DNA of 64,000 nt from Armatimonadota bacterium (lineage in GTDB: Bacteria; Armatimonadota; Fimbriimonadia; Fimbriimonadales; GBS-DC). The first letter of the stretch is position 1; every line of letters starts with the position of its first letter. A program made the position numbers and the translations under genes. Location of the stretch: positions 95,463-159,462 of the forward strand of contig JBBIML010000012.1 in assembly GCA_037444405.1 (NCBI GenBank), read 5' to 3'. Below are positions 18,781 through 29,174 of this stretch, one piece after another. Under the pieces are notes generated by a model. That model did not search any database and was not told where the DNA came from. It was given only the letters and a program-made list of their open reading frames with translations.

Positions 18781-20304
18781 ATGGACATCTCAGCAGAGAC
18801 GCTGGAAATATTAGAACAGCTATTTGAACGCGCTAAACGCATCTGCCTGCAGAAAGGGCTGACCGAGCAGGAGGTGCAGCTGACCAATCTGCCCGCAGGG
18901 GTTTACACGGTGCGGGCGCGGGAAGAGAGCGGCACACGCTGGCTGCGGACAGAGGGTAAAATCGTCACAGAGGTGCCGTGGATCTTTGCGGTGCCGACGG
19001 GGGCGAACAAGGTGACGGTCTACTGGGACGGTGTACCAGGTGCGACGGGTTATCGGGTGCGCTGGGGGACGGTGAGCGGGAGTTATCCCAGCGCGAGTGA
19101 GGTGTTGTCGGGTTCGGTGCGGCGGTACACGGTGTCGGGTTTGATGAGTGAGCAGGAGCACTACTTTGTGGTGGAGGCGGAGTGGCATGGGGTGTGGGGT
19201 CCGCCTTCGGAGGAAGATAGCGCAGTGCCGCATGTGGGGGCGATCCGATGGGATTCTGGCAATGTTAGCTGGATTATGGAGGATGTTCGGCGTGTGATTG
19301 GCTCTATGGCAGGGTACGATGTGCTCGATGTGTTAGGTCCTGACGGTCTAATCTATACTGACAGTGGGGTAAGGCAGCCGACGACCTTCTTTGACACGAA
19401 TCGGCAGGTTTTCCTTTTTACCGACTTTCCTAGTTTGCAAGTTCCAGCGGTTGACGCAGGGCGTGAAGAGTTAGAGAACACCTGCACCGGACCCTACCGT
19501 CGTGTGCGAACAAGAGGGGATCGAGGTATCACAGCTGTTCGTGGAACTTTTTGGGTACCCTCCACAACTTCACCGCACTGGCCGTTCATTCAGATTTCCA
19601 TACCTCCAGTCGTGGATGACCCCAACAACAACTTTAGAACCGCAGATACACCATACATGTACTTTGGTTTCGCATTTGGAAACACGGATGTTGAAGGTGG
19701 TTTGATGTATCATCGGGCGGGTAGAGCTGGTTTGGACTACCCACGCTGGCAGGCTTATATGAAGGTTGTGCATCGAGGTCGTGTTAGAAATGTAGCGATT
19801 ACAGATACCAGCAATATGAGAGGGCACATCTTGGATAATGTATATGGTGGGACACCTACTGTAGTCGAGCTGTACACTTTTAGTCGGGATCGGGCAGCAA
19901 TGCTCCGCATACAGCCTATAGATCCCAAATACGGCAACACAATTTTCCTCAGGGAGATTTTTGCTACTGCCAAGCTCAGACAAAATATATCAGGAGCACG
20001 TTTTCGGCGTGTTTTCTCGATAGCTCAAAGAAGGGAGTCAATGCCAGGGTGCCCACTAATGCCTGGCTGTGTAAGAACGGGTAGTTATGTAAGCGGAATG
20101 GGAATAGGGTATAATCCTATTGAGGGTTCTCCTTTAGATCCACCTGGGCAGATTTCAACGGCTCCCTTTCTTTGGTTCGAGTGGATAAGACGCGATTATA
20201 CCGATCAAGCTGGCTCATATCCAGGTTCAAATGCTGGGATTGTTTCGTGGGTCGAGATAATCCAAGATTCACGGGAAGCAGTCACTATATACTTAGGAAA
20301 TTGA
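18781..20304 (+). CDS. Fibronectin type III domain protein with lower-GC YrpD-like C-terminal domain; N-terminus looks chimeric
   Basis: VTVYWDGVPGATGYRVRWG...YTVSGL...YFVVEA (Fn3); GPYRRV...TPYMYFG...EGGLMY. Confidence 0.7.
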   Translation: MDISAETLEILEQLFERAKRICLQKGLTEQEVQLTNLPAGVYTVRAREESGTRWLRTEGKIVTEVPWIFAVPTGANKVTVYWDGVPGATGYRVRWGTVSGSYPSASEVLSGSVRRYTVSGLMSEQEHYFVVEAEWHGVWGPPSEEDSAVPHVGAIRWDSGNVSWIMEDVRRVIGSMAGYDVLDVLGPDGLIYTDSGVRQPTTFFDTNRQVFLFTDFPSLQVPAVDAGREELENTCTGPYRRVRTRGDRGITAVRGTFWVPSTTSPHWPFIQISIPPVVDDPNNNFRTADTPYMYFGFAFGNTDVEGGLMYHRAGRAGLDYPRWQAYMKVVHRGRVRNVAITDTSNMRGHILDNVYGGTPTVVELYTFSRDRAAMLRIQPIDPKYGNTIFLREIFATAKLRQNISGARFRRVFSIAQRRESMPGCPLMPGCVRTGSYVSGMGIGYNPIEGSPLDPPGQISTAPFLWFEWIRRDYTDQAGSYPGSNAGIVSWVEIIQDSREAVTIYLGN

Positions 20305-20314
20305 AGAGGTTCTT

Positions 20315-21310
20315 ATGAACAACTTGCTGGCGGTAACTGACCCGAAGATACCAGACCGATTTCGGTTTGTGGTGTTTGATGGGCGAAGGGGTGTTGCTCT
20401 CTATCAGGTGTCAGACAGCAAGCTCATACAGGAGGAATGGCTTGTCCAGTTTTCTGGTTACTGGTACATCTCTGGGGCAAATCCCGCCCTTTCACCGAAT
20501 GGGCGATGGATCTACCTGCCCCTGCACGCTGATACTGCCTTGATCGACATCCAAACAAAAAGGTTGCACTGGCTGGGACGCGCCCGCCGCCTGCCGGAAG
20601 GAGGATACATTCCAGAGGTCTATCGGCTACGCTGGTCACCCAATAGCCGCTACCTGTTGGGACAATCGGCGCCTCAAGGGCGCGACTTGATTTTGTGTCA
20701 ACCTTTAGGACAGGGTTATCGGGTGCTGGTGAAAGACGGGGTGTATGGTTATGGCTGGTATCCTGATAGTCGGCACATCTGGTATGTGCAAAAGGATGGA
20801 AGGGGATATTTCCAGTGGTATCGACGGGATCTGCAATCGGGTCGCGTGGAGCGATTGAGAGCATCAGAGCGGCAGCGAATCAATAGCGATTGGGATTTGA
20901 CGTTAGGTCCGTTTCGGTGGATGGAGGTGGAAGTTCGTCGGCTGCTTAAGCCGGCTGAATGGACGGCTTTGATGGTGATTGCATGTACGGCAGATAGGCA
21001 GTTGCGGGTTCTGCTGCCAGCGCAGAACCTGCACCGTCGGATGTTGATCGAGTGGCGGAATGGGCATTCAGTAGTGCTGGAGGCACCTCCGACAGTGCGC
21101 GCGATGAGCTTGTGGGATTTATCGGCGGACAAGCAGTGGGCACTTGTGTGGAGCCAAGAGCAAGGCGATGGGCACTGGTATGTGGTGCATCTGGAGCGTG
21201 GTCACTGGGAGCGACTGGTTTTTTCTGCAGAGGTGGAGCAGGCCTTGTCGGTTGTTGATGGGGTAATTCGCGCAGATTTTGAACCAAGTGCGCGTTTGTT
21301 GCATATATAA
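20315..21310 (+). CDS. TolB/PD40-like beta-propeller protein
   Basis: PALSPNGRWI, RWSPNSRYL, GWYPDSRHIW, DLSADKQWAL repeats. Confidence 0.7.
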   Translation: MNNLLAVTDPKIPDRFRFVVFDGRRGVALYQVSDSKLIQEEWLVQFSGYWYISGANPALSPNGRWIYLPLHADTALIDIQTKRLHWLGRARRLPEGGYIPEVYRLRWSPNSRYLLGQSAPQGRDLILCQPLGQGYRVLVKDGVYGYGWYPDSRHIWYVQKDGRGYFQWYRRDLQSGRVERLRASERQRINSDWDLTLGPFRWMEVEVRRLLKPAEWTALMVIACTADRQLRVLLPAQNLHRRMLIEWRNGHSVVLEAPPTVRAMSLWDLSADKQWALVWSQEQGDGHWYVVHLERGHWERLVFSAEVEQALSVVDGVIRADFEPSARLLHI

Positions 21311-21384
21311 ACGAACACAACTTAGCCCACCACCCGCACAGGCGACTCGCAGAACCCCTATGCGCGGCTGTTTCGTCCGGGCAT

Positions 21385-23898
21385 TCAACAGGTGCTGCCG
21401 AAGTTGAACAGAACCTGCAGCAGGTCCGCATCGTCCACTGTGCCGTCGCCGTTCACATCTTCGCGCAGGCTGGAACCCGTTTGACCAAACGCGAACAGCA
21501 CCGATAGCAAATCGGCGTCGTCAATCACGCCGTCCCCATTCACATCGCCGCTGATCAGACTGAAGTTGAGATTGACCACATTGCTCAGGAACGCACTCTG
21601 GCGCTGGCAGAGCCACGCACTGCCGGGCACAGAGGCGGTGATGGTGGCGTTGCCGGTGAGCGCGGTCTCCACCGCGTAGTTGCCCGAGGCGTCCAGCGTC
21701 ACCTGCAGGCTCTCCTGATTGCTCCCCGCCACGATGTCGAAGCGCACCACAATGCCAGTGGGATTGGAGCGGTTTGCCAGCTGAACCTGCCCCTGCAGGC
21801 GCACACGGTTGACCGTCAGCACATTGCTGCCGACCGTCGCGGCGTAGGTGCTGTTGCCCGCGTACTCCACGCGCAGGGCGTTCGTGCCCAGGGGCAGGCT
21901 GAGCGGAATGGTGTAGTTGAGCGTGGCGATGCCCGAGCTGTTCGTGACGGCGGTCCCCACGACGGCGTTGTTCACTTTGAAGGTGAGCGTCTGACCGCTG
22001 ATGGGCGCGTTATCCAGGCTCTGACGCAGGGTTGCCTGAAGCGCCACGGTCTGCCCGCGTCGACCTGACACCGCAGGCACCTGCAGGCTGGTGGCGCGAC
22101 GCACCTGCCACAGGTTGCTGAAGATGCGGTCATCCACCACGAAATCGCCCGTGTTGATATTGCCGCTGTTGTTGCGGTCGTACCAGAGTGCGCCCCACAC
22201 ATCGTAGCCGCCTGGCAGGGCGTCGGCAGGCACGGCGAAGAACCGCACGCGCGACTGATTGCCCTCTCCGATGCTCACCCGCAGGTCGCGCGGCGGGTCG
22301 CTGAGCCAGTTGCCGCTTCCTGCAGGGGCGATCGACGCGCCTAAAATCACATTGAACTCGTGGGTGGCGGTGATGTTGAAGGTCAGCGTGCCCGTGTTGC
22401 CCGTTGCGACGGGGTTGGGCGAGGGGCTGAGTCCGTCGATGGTGGCGACCGCGCCCTGCACCAGCTGATAGCCCGCTGGACCATAGTAGTGATTCAAAAT
22501 CTGTTGCCAGTTTTTGGTTCCGTAGCCGTGCTGGGGTGCGGCGTTCGTGCAGGCTTGCGAGCTGGAGAGCCGTCGTCCCGTCGCCCAGCGGGCGGAACCC
22601 CACTGGCACATTCCGCGCCCATGCCCGTTCCGCGCAAAGCCTGTGCAAACGGGGTCATAGATGCAGGGCCAGCTGCTGCCCGTGCCTGAATAGCCGTCGC
22701 CACAGCCCGCATTATTGTTCTCGGAGGAATATTCGGCGCGGGCAATCGTGTTAGAAGCGGTCAACAACACATAGCGTGTGGTGGCGTCCACCGCCGCGTT
22801 GCCGTTGCTGGTCTGATTGCCTGTGAACACCTGACACGCCGTCGAATCGCAGATGTCGTAGGTGCTGGTGGCGGGCGAGTAGACAAACGAGACGCCGTAG
22901 CTGCGCACGGCGACCGCGCCCGCCTTCAGCGATTCCATCCCGCCCGTTACATTGCCCCAGCAGGCGTACCACTCATTGGTGATCACGCCCTTGCAGTAGG
23001 TTTCCAGTGTGTAGACTTCCACGCGCTGGCAGTCGGTGCGCGTGGTGCAGTTGCGCCCGACGCGAATGTACTTGGGCAGGACAATCGGCGCGGGCGCGGC
23101 AGGTTCAAAATCGGACGACGCCTCGCGGGGAAGTGGATTCGCCAGCGAAGGCGAATCGCTCTTCGAGTCAGGGCAACCCTCGCACGGCTCCGACGATTCG
23201 CGATGGCGTGGCGAGCGCATCTCGCGGGTCTCCATACCCTCGCCGGGCGTCATGCTGAGCCGATAAATCCAGTCGCCCTCGCTCCAGATTTCCACATTTG
23301 CCAGCTGAACCGTGCGGTAGCCTGCCCGCTGAACCAGCAGGGTCGCATAACGCTGGGGAACGCCACTGCGGTCGCAAATGGGGAACTGCAGGAGGAAGCA
23401 GCCGCGCGCGTCGGTGACAGCGCTCCCTTCATGCCCCACCACACTCACCTGAGCGCCCGCGAGCGGCTGACCGCTCACCTCGTCCGTAACGAAGCCGACC
23501 ACCACCATCTGCCCCGCACGACGCAGCGACCACAGGAACTCCGTGGTTGTCTCCTTCGGCGGCTGAATCGGGTCCAGATAGAGTTCATAGGGCGGTAGAG
23601 GCTCCTCGCCAACTGAAAGCGTCATGCCGATGGGGTGATAGCCTGCCTGCGCTGCGGAAAGCGCGTAGTTGCCGATGGGCAGGATGAGCGTGAGCCGCCC
23701 ATCCGTCTGAACAGGAGTGGGCAGAGGCATCGCTTCGCCCGTGTCGAGGTTGATAATGCGCACGCTGGGGATGAGCGCCTGTCCTGTGAGGGCGTCCTTG
23801 AAGCGCAGGTTCAGCACCTGTGAAGAACCGTTTGCCAGCAGCGGCAGCCCCAGCACGCTGCTGACCAGCAGTCCCAGCCACATCTTGCCGTATCGCAT
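21385..23898 (-). CDS. Secreted SpoIID/LytB-domain protein with carboxypeptidase-regulatory-like and Ig-like domains and a dockerin-like C-terminus
   Basis: LETYCKGVITNEW, SLKAGAVAVRSY, YDICDSTACQVF, GHGRGMCQWGS, WQQILNHYY; signal peptide. Confidence 0.85.
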   Translation of the reverse strand: MRYGKMWLGLLVSSVLGLPLLANGSSQVLNLRFKDALTGQALIPSVRIINLDTGEAMPLPTPVQTDGRLTLILPIGNYALSAAQAGYHPIGMTLSVGEEPLPPYELYLDPIQPPKETTTEFLWSLRRAGQMVVVGFVTDEVSGQPLAGAQVSVVGHEGSAVTDARGCFLLQFPICDRSGVPQRYATLLVQRAGYRTVQLANVEIWSEGDWIYRLSMTPGEGMETREMRSPRHRESSEPCEGCPDSKSDSPSLANPLPREASSDFEPAAPAPIVLPKYIRVGRNCTTRTDCQRVEVYTLETYCKGVITNEWYACWGNVTGGMESLKAGAVAVRSYGVSFVYSPATSTYDICDSTACQVFTGNQTSNGNAAVDATTRYVLLTASNTIARAEYSSENNNAGCGDGYSGTGSSWPCIYDPVCTGFARNGHGRGMCQWGSARWATGRRLSSSQACTNAAPQHGYGTKNWQQILNHYYGPAGYQLVQGAVATIDGLSPSPNPVATGNTGTLTFNITATHEFNVILGASIAPAGSGNWLSDPPRDLRVSIGEGNQSRVRFFAVPADALPGGYDVWGALWYDRNNSGNINTGDFVVDDRIFSNLWQVRRATSLQVPAVSGRRGQTVALQATLRQSLDNAPISGQTLTFKVNNAVVGTAVTNSSGIATLNYTIPLSLPLGTNALRVEYAGNSTYAATVGSNVLTVNRVRLQGQVQLANRSNPTGIVVRFDIVAGSNQESLQVTLDASGNYAVETALTGNATITASVPGSAWLCQRQSAFLSNVVNLNFSLISGDVNGDGVIDDADLLSVLFAFGQTGSSLREDVNGDGTVDDADLLQVLFNFGSTC

Positions 23899-23904
23899 CC
23901 CATC

Positions 23905-24912
23905 TTAGTATACACCACTGCCACACGGTTCAGGGCTTTTCGAGGCAGCCACTGCGGTCAGCCCGCCTGTGTGCAGAAAGATGACAGGCTCGCGGGCGCC
24001 CATCTGCCCCTCTCGAATGCGGTGGAGCATGCCCGCGAATGCTTTTGCGGTGTAGGTGGGGTCTAACGGCACGCCTTCCAGCTGCATCAGCAGATGAATC
24101 GCAGCGTTGCCCGCTGGCGATGGGACTCCGTAGGCAGGCTCGGCGTCGTTGCCTGCGAGCAGGGGCGTCTGCCTCCTGTCGAACCGACAGGGTTCACCCA
24201 GAAAGGCGCAGATTTGCTCCGCAAGCCGGGCGATAGCGGCGGGGAAAGCTTTCCAGAGTTTGCCGATATCGATGCCTGCCAATCGCACAGGGGTGTCCAG
24301 AAGGGTCAGCCCTGCCCATAAGCCTGCCAGCGTCGTGCCTGTGCCTGCTGTTACCACCAGCCACGCGCCTGCCAGCCCTTCACGCTGAACCTGCTGGTGA
24401 ATCTCCAGCGCGGCGCGCGCATAGCCCAGCCCGCCCAGCACCGAATAGCCGCCTGCAGGGATAAAATAGTGCGAGCCGAGCCGCAGGCGCATCAGCAGAC
24501 GCACGAGTCGATTCGTCCAGATGATCGAGCGCGCGCTCTGACCCCGCCTGAGCGGTACGAAGTGCAGATGTGCGCCCAGTTGCTGACATATCAACAGGTT
24601 GCCTGTCAGGCAGGGTGGGCGCGGCTCAAAATAGAACAGATGCGCCTCCAGCCCCAGTTGTTGCGCCGCCGCTGCTGTGATGCGCGCATGGTTGGACTGC
24701 AGGGCGCCGAAGGTGGCGACCCGCCGATAGCCTCTGCGGAGCGCGTCTGCCAGCAGATACTCCAGCGCCCGCGCCTTGTTGCCGCCCATCACCGAACCGC
24801 TGCCATCGTCCCGCTTGAGATAGATGGGACGGTTCAGCTCCGCGCTCAATCGTGGCAGGAACTGCAGCGGCGTGGGGCATGCCATCAATTCAACGCGCGG
24901 CACCCGCGCCAA
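23905..24912 (-). CDS. PLP-dependent D-cysteine desulfhydrase / ACC deaminase family enzyme
   Basis: PTPLQ, YLKRDD, GGNKAR, QSNHAR, LDPTYTAKA, FLHTGG. Confidence 0.9.
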   Translation of the reverse strand: MARVPRVELMACPTPLQFLPRLSAELNRPIYLKRDDGSGSVMGGNKARALEYLLADALRRGYRRVATFGALQSNHARITAAAAQQLGLEAHLFYFEPRPPCLTGNLLICQQLGAHLHFVPLRRGQSARSIIWTNRLVRLLMRLRLGSHYFIPAGGYSVLGGLGYARAALEIHQQVQREGLAGAWLVVTAGTGTTLAGLWAGLTLLDTPVRLAGIDIGKLWKAFPAAIARLAEQICAFLGEPCRFDRRQTPLLAGNDAEPAYGVPSPAGNAAIHLLMQLEGVPLDPTYTAKAFAGMLHRIREGQMGAREPVIFLHTGGLTAVAASKSPEPCGSGVY

Positions 24913-24928
24913 TCTTTGTGCCAGCTCC

Positions 24929-26260
24929 TCAACTAACAGCGGGCTTCACCCCCTGTGGAGCGAGCTGGCGTGCCAGCCGCTTCGCCAGCCCGATAATCGT
25001 CAGCACCGTCGGTCGTCCCAGCGCCTCAGGGAACACGCTGGCGTCGCACACATATAGCCTCTCTATCGGCGTGCGCAGATTGGTATCCACCAGCGTGCCG
25101 ATACGCACCGTTGCGCTCGGATGGGTTCCGCGCAACGGCGAGGTGAAGATGGAGTTCGGCTCCGCGCCTACCTCTATCAGGATGCGGTGGGCAATCTGCT
25201 GCGCCTCCTGCAGACGCTCCCGATCGCGGGCAACTATCGGCTTGGACAGCGAGCCATCGGGCAGAAGGGCGCCCGAAAGCGTATCGCGCAGTTTAATCAT
25301 CACGCCCAGCATCTGGCGCCACTGATGCCAGCTGAAAACGCGCCTGAACTGGCTCATGCCTGCCATCAGCGGGTAAAGCAGGCACGGATCCATCAGCGGG
25401 CTGAACATCACTTCCAGTGCAGGGTCATCCCACGACCATGTCATCGGCGGGTCGAGGGCGTTGCCAGGCGCCCGTCGGTGTCCATACACGATCATGGTTA
25501 AATCCATCGCCAGCTGCTCGCCTGCTTCCCTGATGCCTGATGCACGGAGGATGCGCGGTGTGCCCAGTCCACCAGCGCAGAGGATGACCCGTTCGGCGAA
25601 GGCGTGGAAAGGGCGTCCCCGATGGCGTCCTGCCACGCCGATGGCGCAACCGTCCTGAATCAGCACGCGCTCCACCTGCGCCTGGGTCAGCAGTTGAGCG
25701 CCTGCGGCGACCGCATCCGCCACAAAAGCCGTCGCGCTCCATTTGGCGCCGCAGCGGCATCCAAGCAGGCAGTGCGCACCACAGCGAAATCGCTGTGCCT
25801 GGCTGGGGCGCATGAACTTGGGCTGGGGGTAGATTGCATAGCCCAGCGCCCGCGCCGCCTCCGCCAGCTGCGTCGAGGCGGAGCCACGCAGCTCAGGCGG
25901 CAACGGCGCAATCTCCAGCTCCTGAACCGTCTCCTCCACCTCGCTGCGAACATCGACGCCGTACTTCTCATAAAGCCAGGGCGGAGGCGGCGCGGCGCAA
26001 CCCGCAAAAACGCCCGTTGCGCCTCCCACCATCGACGGCACCACCACCTGAATCCCCTCCGGTGTGAAAAACAGCCCGTGCCGTTCGAGATATTGCACTG
26101 CGCCCAGATAGGTGCCGTAGAGCCGACTGCCCTGCTCGGCGCGACCGCGCTCCAGCAGCAACACCGAACGCCCCGCGCGAGCCAGCTCCCGCGCAACGGT
26201 CGCCCCGCCAGGCCCGGTGCCCACCACCACAAACTCCGCCCGCAGATGCTCCGTTGCCAT
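24929..26260 (-). CDS. GMC family FAD oxidoreductase
   Basis: VVVGTGPGG, C..CLLGCRCGAK, LCAGGLGTP, HPSAT, YVCDASVFP, PTVLTI. Confidence 0.88.
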   Translation of the reverse strand: MATEHLRAEFVVVGTGPGGATVARELARAGRSVLLLERGRAEQGSRLYGTYLGAVQYLERHGLFFTPEGIQVVVPSMVGGATGVFAGCAAPPPPWLYEKYGVDVRSEVEETVQELEIAPLPPELRGSASTQLAEAARALGYAIYPQPKFMRPSQAQRFRCGAHCLLGCRCGAKWSATAFVADAVAAGAQLLTQAQVERVLIQDGCAIGVAGRHRGRPFHAFAERVILCAGGLGTPRILRASGIREAGEQLAMDLTMIVYGHRRAPGNALDPPMTWSWDDPALEVMFSPLMDPCLLYPLMAGMSQFRRVFSWHQWRQMLGVMIKLRDTLSGALLPDGSLSKPIVARDRERLQEAQQIAHRILIEVGAEPNSIFTSPLRGTHPSATVRIGTLVDTNLRTPIERLYVCDASVFPEALGRPTVLTIIGLAKRLARQLAPQGVKPAVS

Positions 26261-26333
26261 CCTTGCAAGCCTCCCGCCAATTCAATTCTACCTCAGGTTG
26301 TAAACACGGGGATGAATATGGAATAGTAGCGGT

Positions 26334-27287
26334 ATGAAACGCTTCGGGCAATGGCTTGGAGGGTGTGCTGCAGCAGCGCTGATAGCAAGCGGCTGCCAGC
26401 ATCGGGCGATGCTGCCAAGCGAGGTGGTGTATACACCTGACGCTATCCATGAAGGCGCCATGGGCGAGCGCCCCATCCGCTTCGCGCTGACGGCGGCGTT
26501 TATTTCAGAGGCAGGCGTCGGCGTCTATGAGAAGCTGATCCGCTATATTGAGAAACAGACGGGCTACCCGTGTGAGCTGGTGAGCGGCTTCTCCTACCGC
26601 ACGGTGAGCCGCATGCTGGAATCGGGCGCGGTGGAGGTGGGGTTCATAGGCGGTTTGCCCTATGTGCTGGCTCAAGAGCAGCCCAACCCACCTGTACGCC
26701 TGGTGGCAGCTCCTATGCCCGCCGACCCGCGCTATCGGGGTAAACCCGTCTACTACTCCGACATCATCGTGCGCACCGATAGCCCCTACCAGCGCATCGA
26801 AGACCTCAGGGGGCGCACATGGGCGTACAACGATGAGCTGTCCAACTCGGGCTATAACCTGCCCCGCGCCTTCCTGATACGCAAGGGGTTGCACAAAGGC
26901 TTTCTGGGTAGAATGATTCGCACAGGCTCGCATGAGGAGTCGATTCGCGCGGTGGCGACGGGGCAGGCAGATGTTTCGGCGGTTGACTCGCTGGTGCTGG
27001 ATTATGAACGCGCTCGCGGCAGCAACTATGCGCGGCGCGTGCGGGTGATTCACTCACTGGGACCATCAGGGATTGTGCCTGTGGTCGCCTCCTGCAGGAT
27101 GGCTTCGGAGCGGTTTCAGACGGTACAGCGTGCCCTGCTGGAGATGCATAAAGACCTGGAGGGCGTCGCCATTCTGAAAGAGGCGCGCTTGAAAGCGTTT
27201 GTGCCTGCATCAGATACGCTCTATGACGATATTCGCCGCGCGCTCCAGACAGCACGCCGAGCGCACTGTGAGGGGCTTCAGCAATGA
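26334..27287 (+). CDS. PhnD/AioX-type substrate-binding lipoprotein
   Basis: Lipobox [43 protein letters not shown]. Confidence 0.85.
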   Translation: MKRFGQWLGGCAAAALIASGCQHRAMLPSEVVYTPDAIHEGAMGERPIRFALTAAFISEAGVGVYEKLIRYIEKQTGYPCELVSGFSYRTVSRMLESGAVEVGFIGGLPYVLAQEQPNPPVRLVAAPMPADPRYRGKPVYYSDIIVRTDSPYQRIEDLRGRTWAYNDELSNSGYNLPRAFLIRKGLHKGFLGRMIRTGSHEESIRAVATGQADVSAVDSLVLDYERARGSNYARRVRVIHSLGPSGIVPVVASCRMASERFQTVQRALLEMHKDLEGVAILKEARLKAFVPASDTLYDDIRRALQTARRAHCEGLQQ

Positions 27288-29095
27288 AACGGTGGCTTGC
27301 TTATTCCAATCGGGCAGTGGCGCTGCTGGCAGTGGCACTGACGGGGTTCATCTGCTGGCAATCGCTGACCTATGATATACACACGCAGATTCCCCTGTTC
27401 GAGGAGCTGCAGAGCCATACACACGCTTATCAATACCATCTTGTGCAAACGCTATCGGCGCTGGTGCTGGAAGATTGGGAGACCGCTCTGCGCTCCAAGA
27501 AGCAAGCCGACGCGCACGCGCGTCAGATTGAGACCCTGTTTGCTCTTTTGCAAAAAGGCGGCGTGTTCAAAACGACCCATTCCGAATTCACGATTCCACC
27601 GCTGCACTCCACCCAAGCACGCGAACAACTTGGGCGCGCCTGTGAGGTGTGGAAAGCGCTTCAGCGCTTCGCTGTGCGCGCCCTGCAAGCCGATGTGGAA
27701 ACTCTCGGCAAGAACCTCTTCCTGAACGAAATGAACCAGCTGGGGCAGAATCTGAATCGGCTGATTCTCCAGTCTGCCGAGTTCGAACGCGCCCAGCATG
27801 CGCGGGAGACCCAGCGCTTCGTCCGAGCGAGCTGGGCGAGTCTGTTCCTGCTGGCGCTGGTGCTGATGTTGCTCTGGAACACCATACGGATGCATCGGCA
27901 GTCGGAGGTGTTGCGCATCGCAGCCGAGCAGCTGGCGCAGGCGAAATCGGAGTTCCTCGCCAAAATGAGCCATGAAATTCGCACGCCCCTGAACGGCGTG
28001 ATTGCGACCGCCGACCTGCTATCAGCCACCGAGATGACCGCTGAACAACGCGACCTGCTGAACACGCTCACTCTCAGCGCCAGAACCCTGCTGGGGCTGA
28101 TCAACGACATTCTTGACTTCTCCAAAATCGAGGCGGGCAAGATGGTGCTGGAGGCGCTCCCCCTGACGCCCGCTGTGCTGGCGGAGGAGGTGGTTTCCAT
28201 CATGGGTCCCTCCGCCAGAAAGAAGGGACTGATTCTCCGAACCGAGCTGGCGCCCGATTTGCCTGTCAGAGTGCTGGGCGACCCCCACCGCCTGCAACAG
28301 ATTCTGCTTAACTTCGTGAGCAACGCCATTAAGTTCACCTCCGAGGGCGAAATCGCGCTGCGTATCCGTCGCGTTGAAGGGTGGACGCCCACGCAAGACC
28401 ACACATGGCTCCGCTTCGAAGTGCAGGACACAGGGATTGGCATCCCGCCCGATAAGCAGGAGAGCATCTTTGACTCGTTCACCCAGGCGGATAACTCCAC
28501 CACCCGTCGATACGGCGGCACGGGGTTGGGGCTTGCCATCTGCAAGCGGCTGGTGGAGCTGATGCAGGGACGAATCGGCGTTGTCAGCCAGCCTGGGCAG
28601 GGGAGCTGCTTCTGGTTTGAGGTTCCTCTGCCGATTGCGCACGGAACGGCAGAAGACATGACGCCTGAAACCGGCCTGTCGACGGCTGATTCAGGCACAC
28701 TGGAAGGGCTTAAAGTGCTGCTCGTGGAAGACAACGGCGTCAATCAGAAGGTAGCGGTTCGGATGCTCCAGAAACTGGGATGTGAGGTTGTGGTTGCCGG
28801 GGACGGTCAACAGGCGCTGGAGGTACTGGAGCGCGATTCGTTCGATGTGGTGCTGATGGATGTGCAGATGCCCGTGATGGATGGGTTGACGGCGACCCGT
28901 TTGTTGCGCACCCGTGAGCAGGGCACGGGGAGGCATCAGATCGTGATTGCGCTCACGGCGAACGCGATGCGGTCCGACCGCGAGCAGTGTTTTGAAGCCG
29001 GCATGGATGACTACCTCAGCAAACCGCTCACGCTGGAGGCGCTACGAATGGTGCTGATGCGGTGGGCAGCTCGTTCGGAACGGAAGGCAGCCTGA
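27284..29095 (+). CDS. Membrane hybrid sensor histidine kinase with receiver domain
   Basis: [49 protein letters not shown]; two TM segments; ATGA overlap with the upstream gene. Confidence 0.95.
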   Translation: MKRWLAYSNRAVALLAVALTGFICWQSLTYDIHTQIPLFEELQSHTHAYQYHLVQTLSALVLEDWETALRSKKQADAHARQIETLFALLQKGGVFKTTHSEFTIPPLHSTQAREQLGRACEVWKALQRFAVRALQADVETLGKNLFLNEMNQLGQNLNRLILQSAEFERAQHARETQRFVRASWASLFLLALVLMLLWNTIRMHRQSEVLRIAAEQLAQAKSEFLAKMSHEIRTPLNGVIATADLLSATEMTAEQRDLLNTLTLSARTLLGLINDILDFSKIEAGKMVLEALPLTPAVLAEEVVSIMGPSARKKGLILRTELAPDLPVRVLGDPHRLQQILLNFVSNAIKFTSEGEIALRIRRVEGWTPTQDHTWLRFEVQDTGIGIPPDKQESIFDSFTQADNSTTRRYGGTGLGLAICKRLVELMQGRIGVVSQPGQGSCFWFEVPLPIAHGTAEDMTPETGLSTADSGTLEGLKVLLVEDNGVNQKVAVRMLQKLGCEVVVAGDGQQALEVLERDSFDVVLMDVQMPVMDGLTATRLLRTREQGTGRHQIVIALTANAMRSDREQCFEAGMDDYLSKPLTLEALRMVLMRWAARSERKAA

Positions 29096-29174
29096 TCTCC
29101 TGCCCACAGCAGGAATATGCCTCATCCCCGCGTAATATTAATCCACCCCGAAATCGCACGGGGTGGAGATAGCC

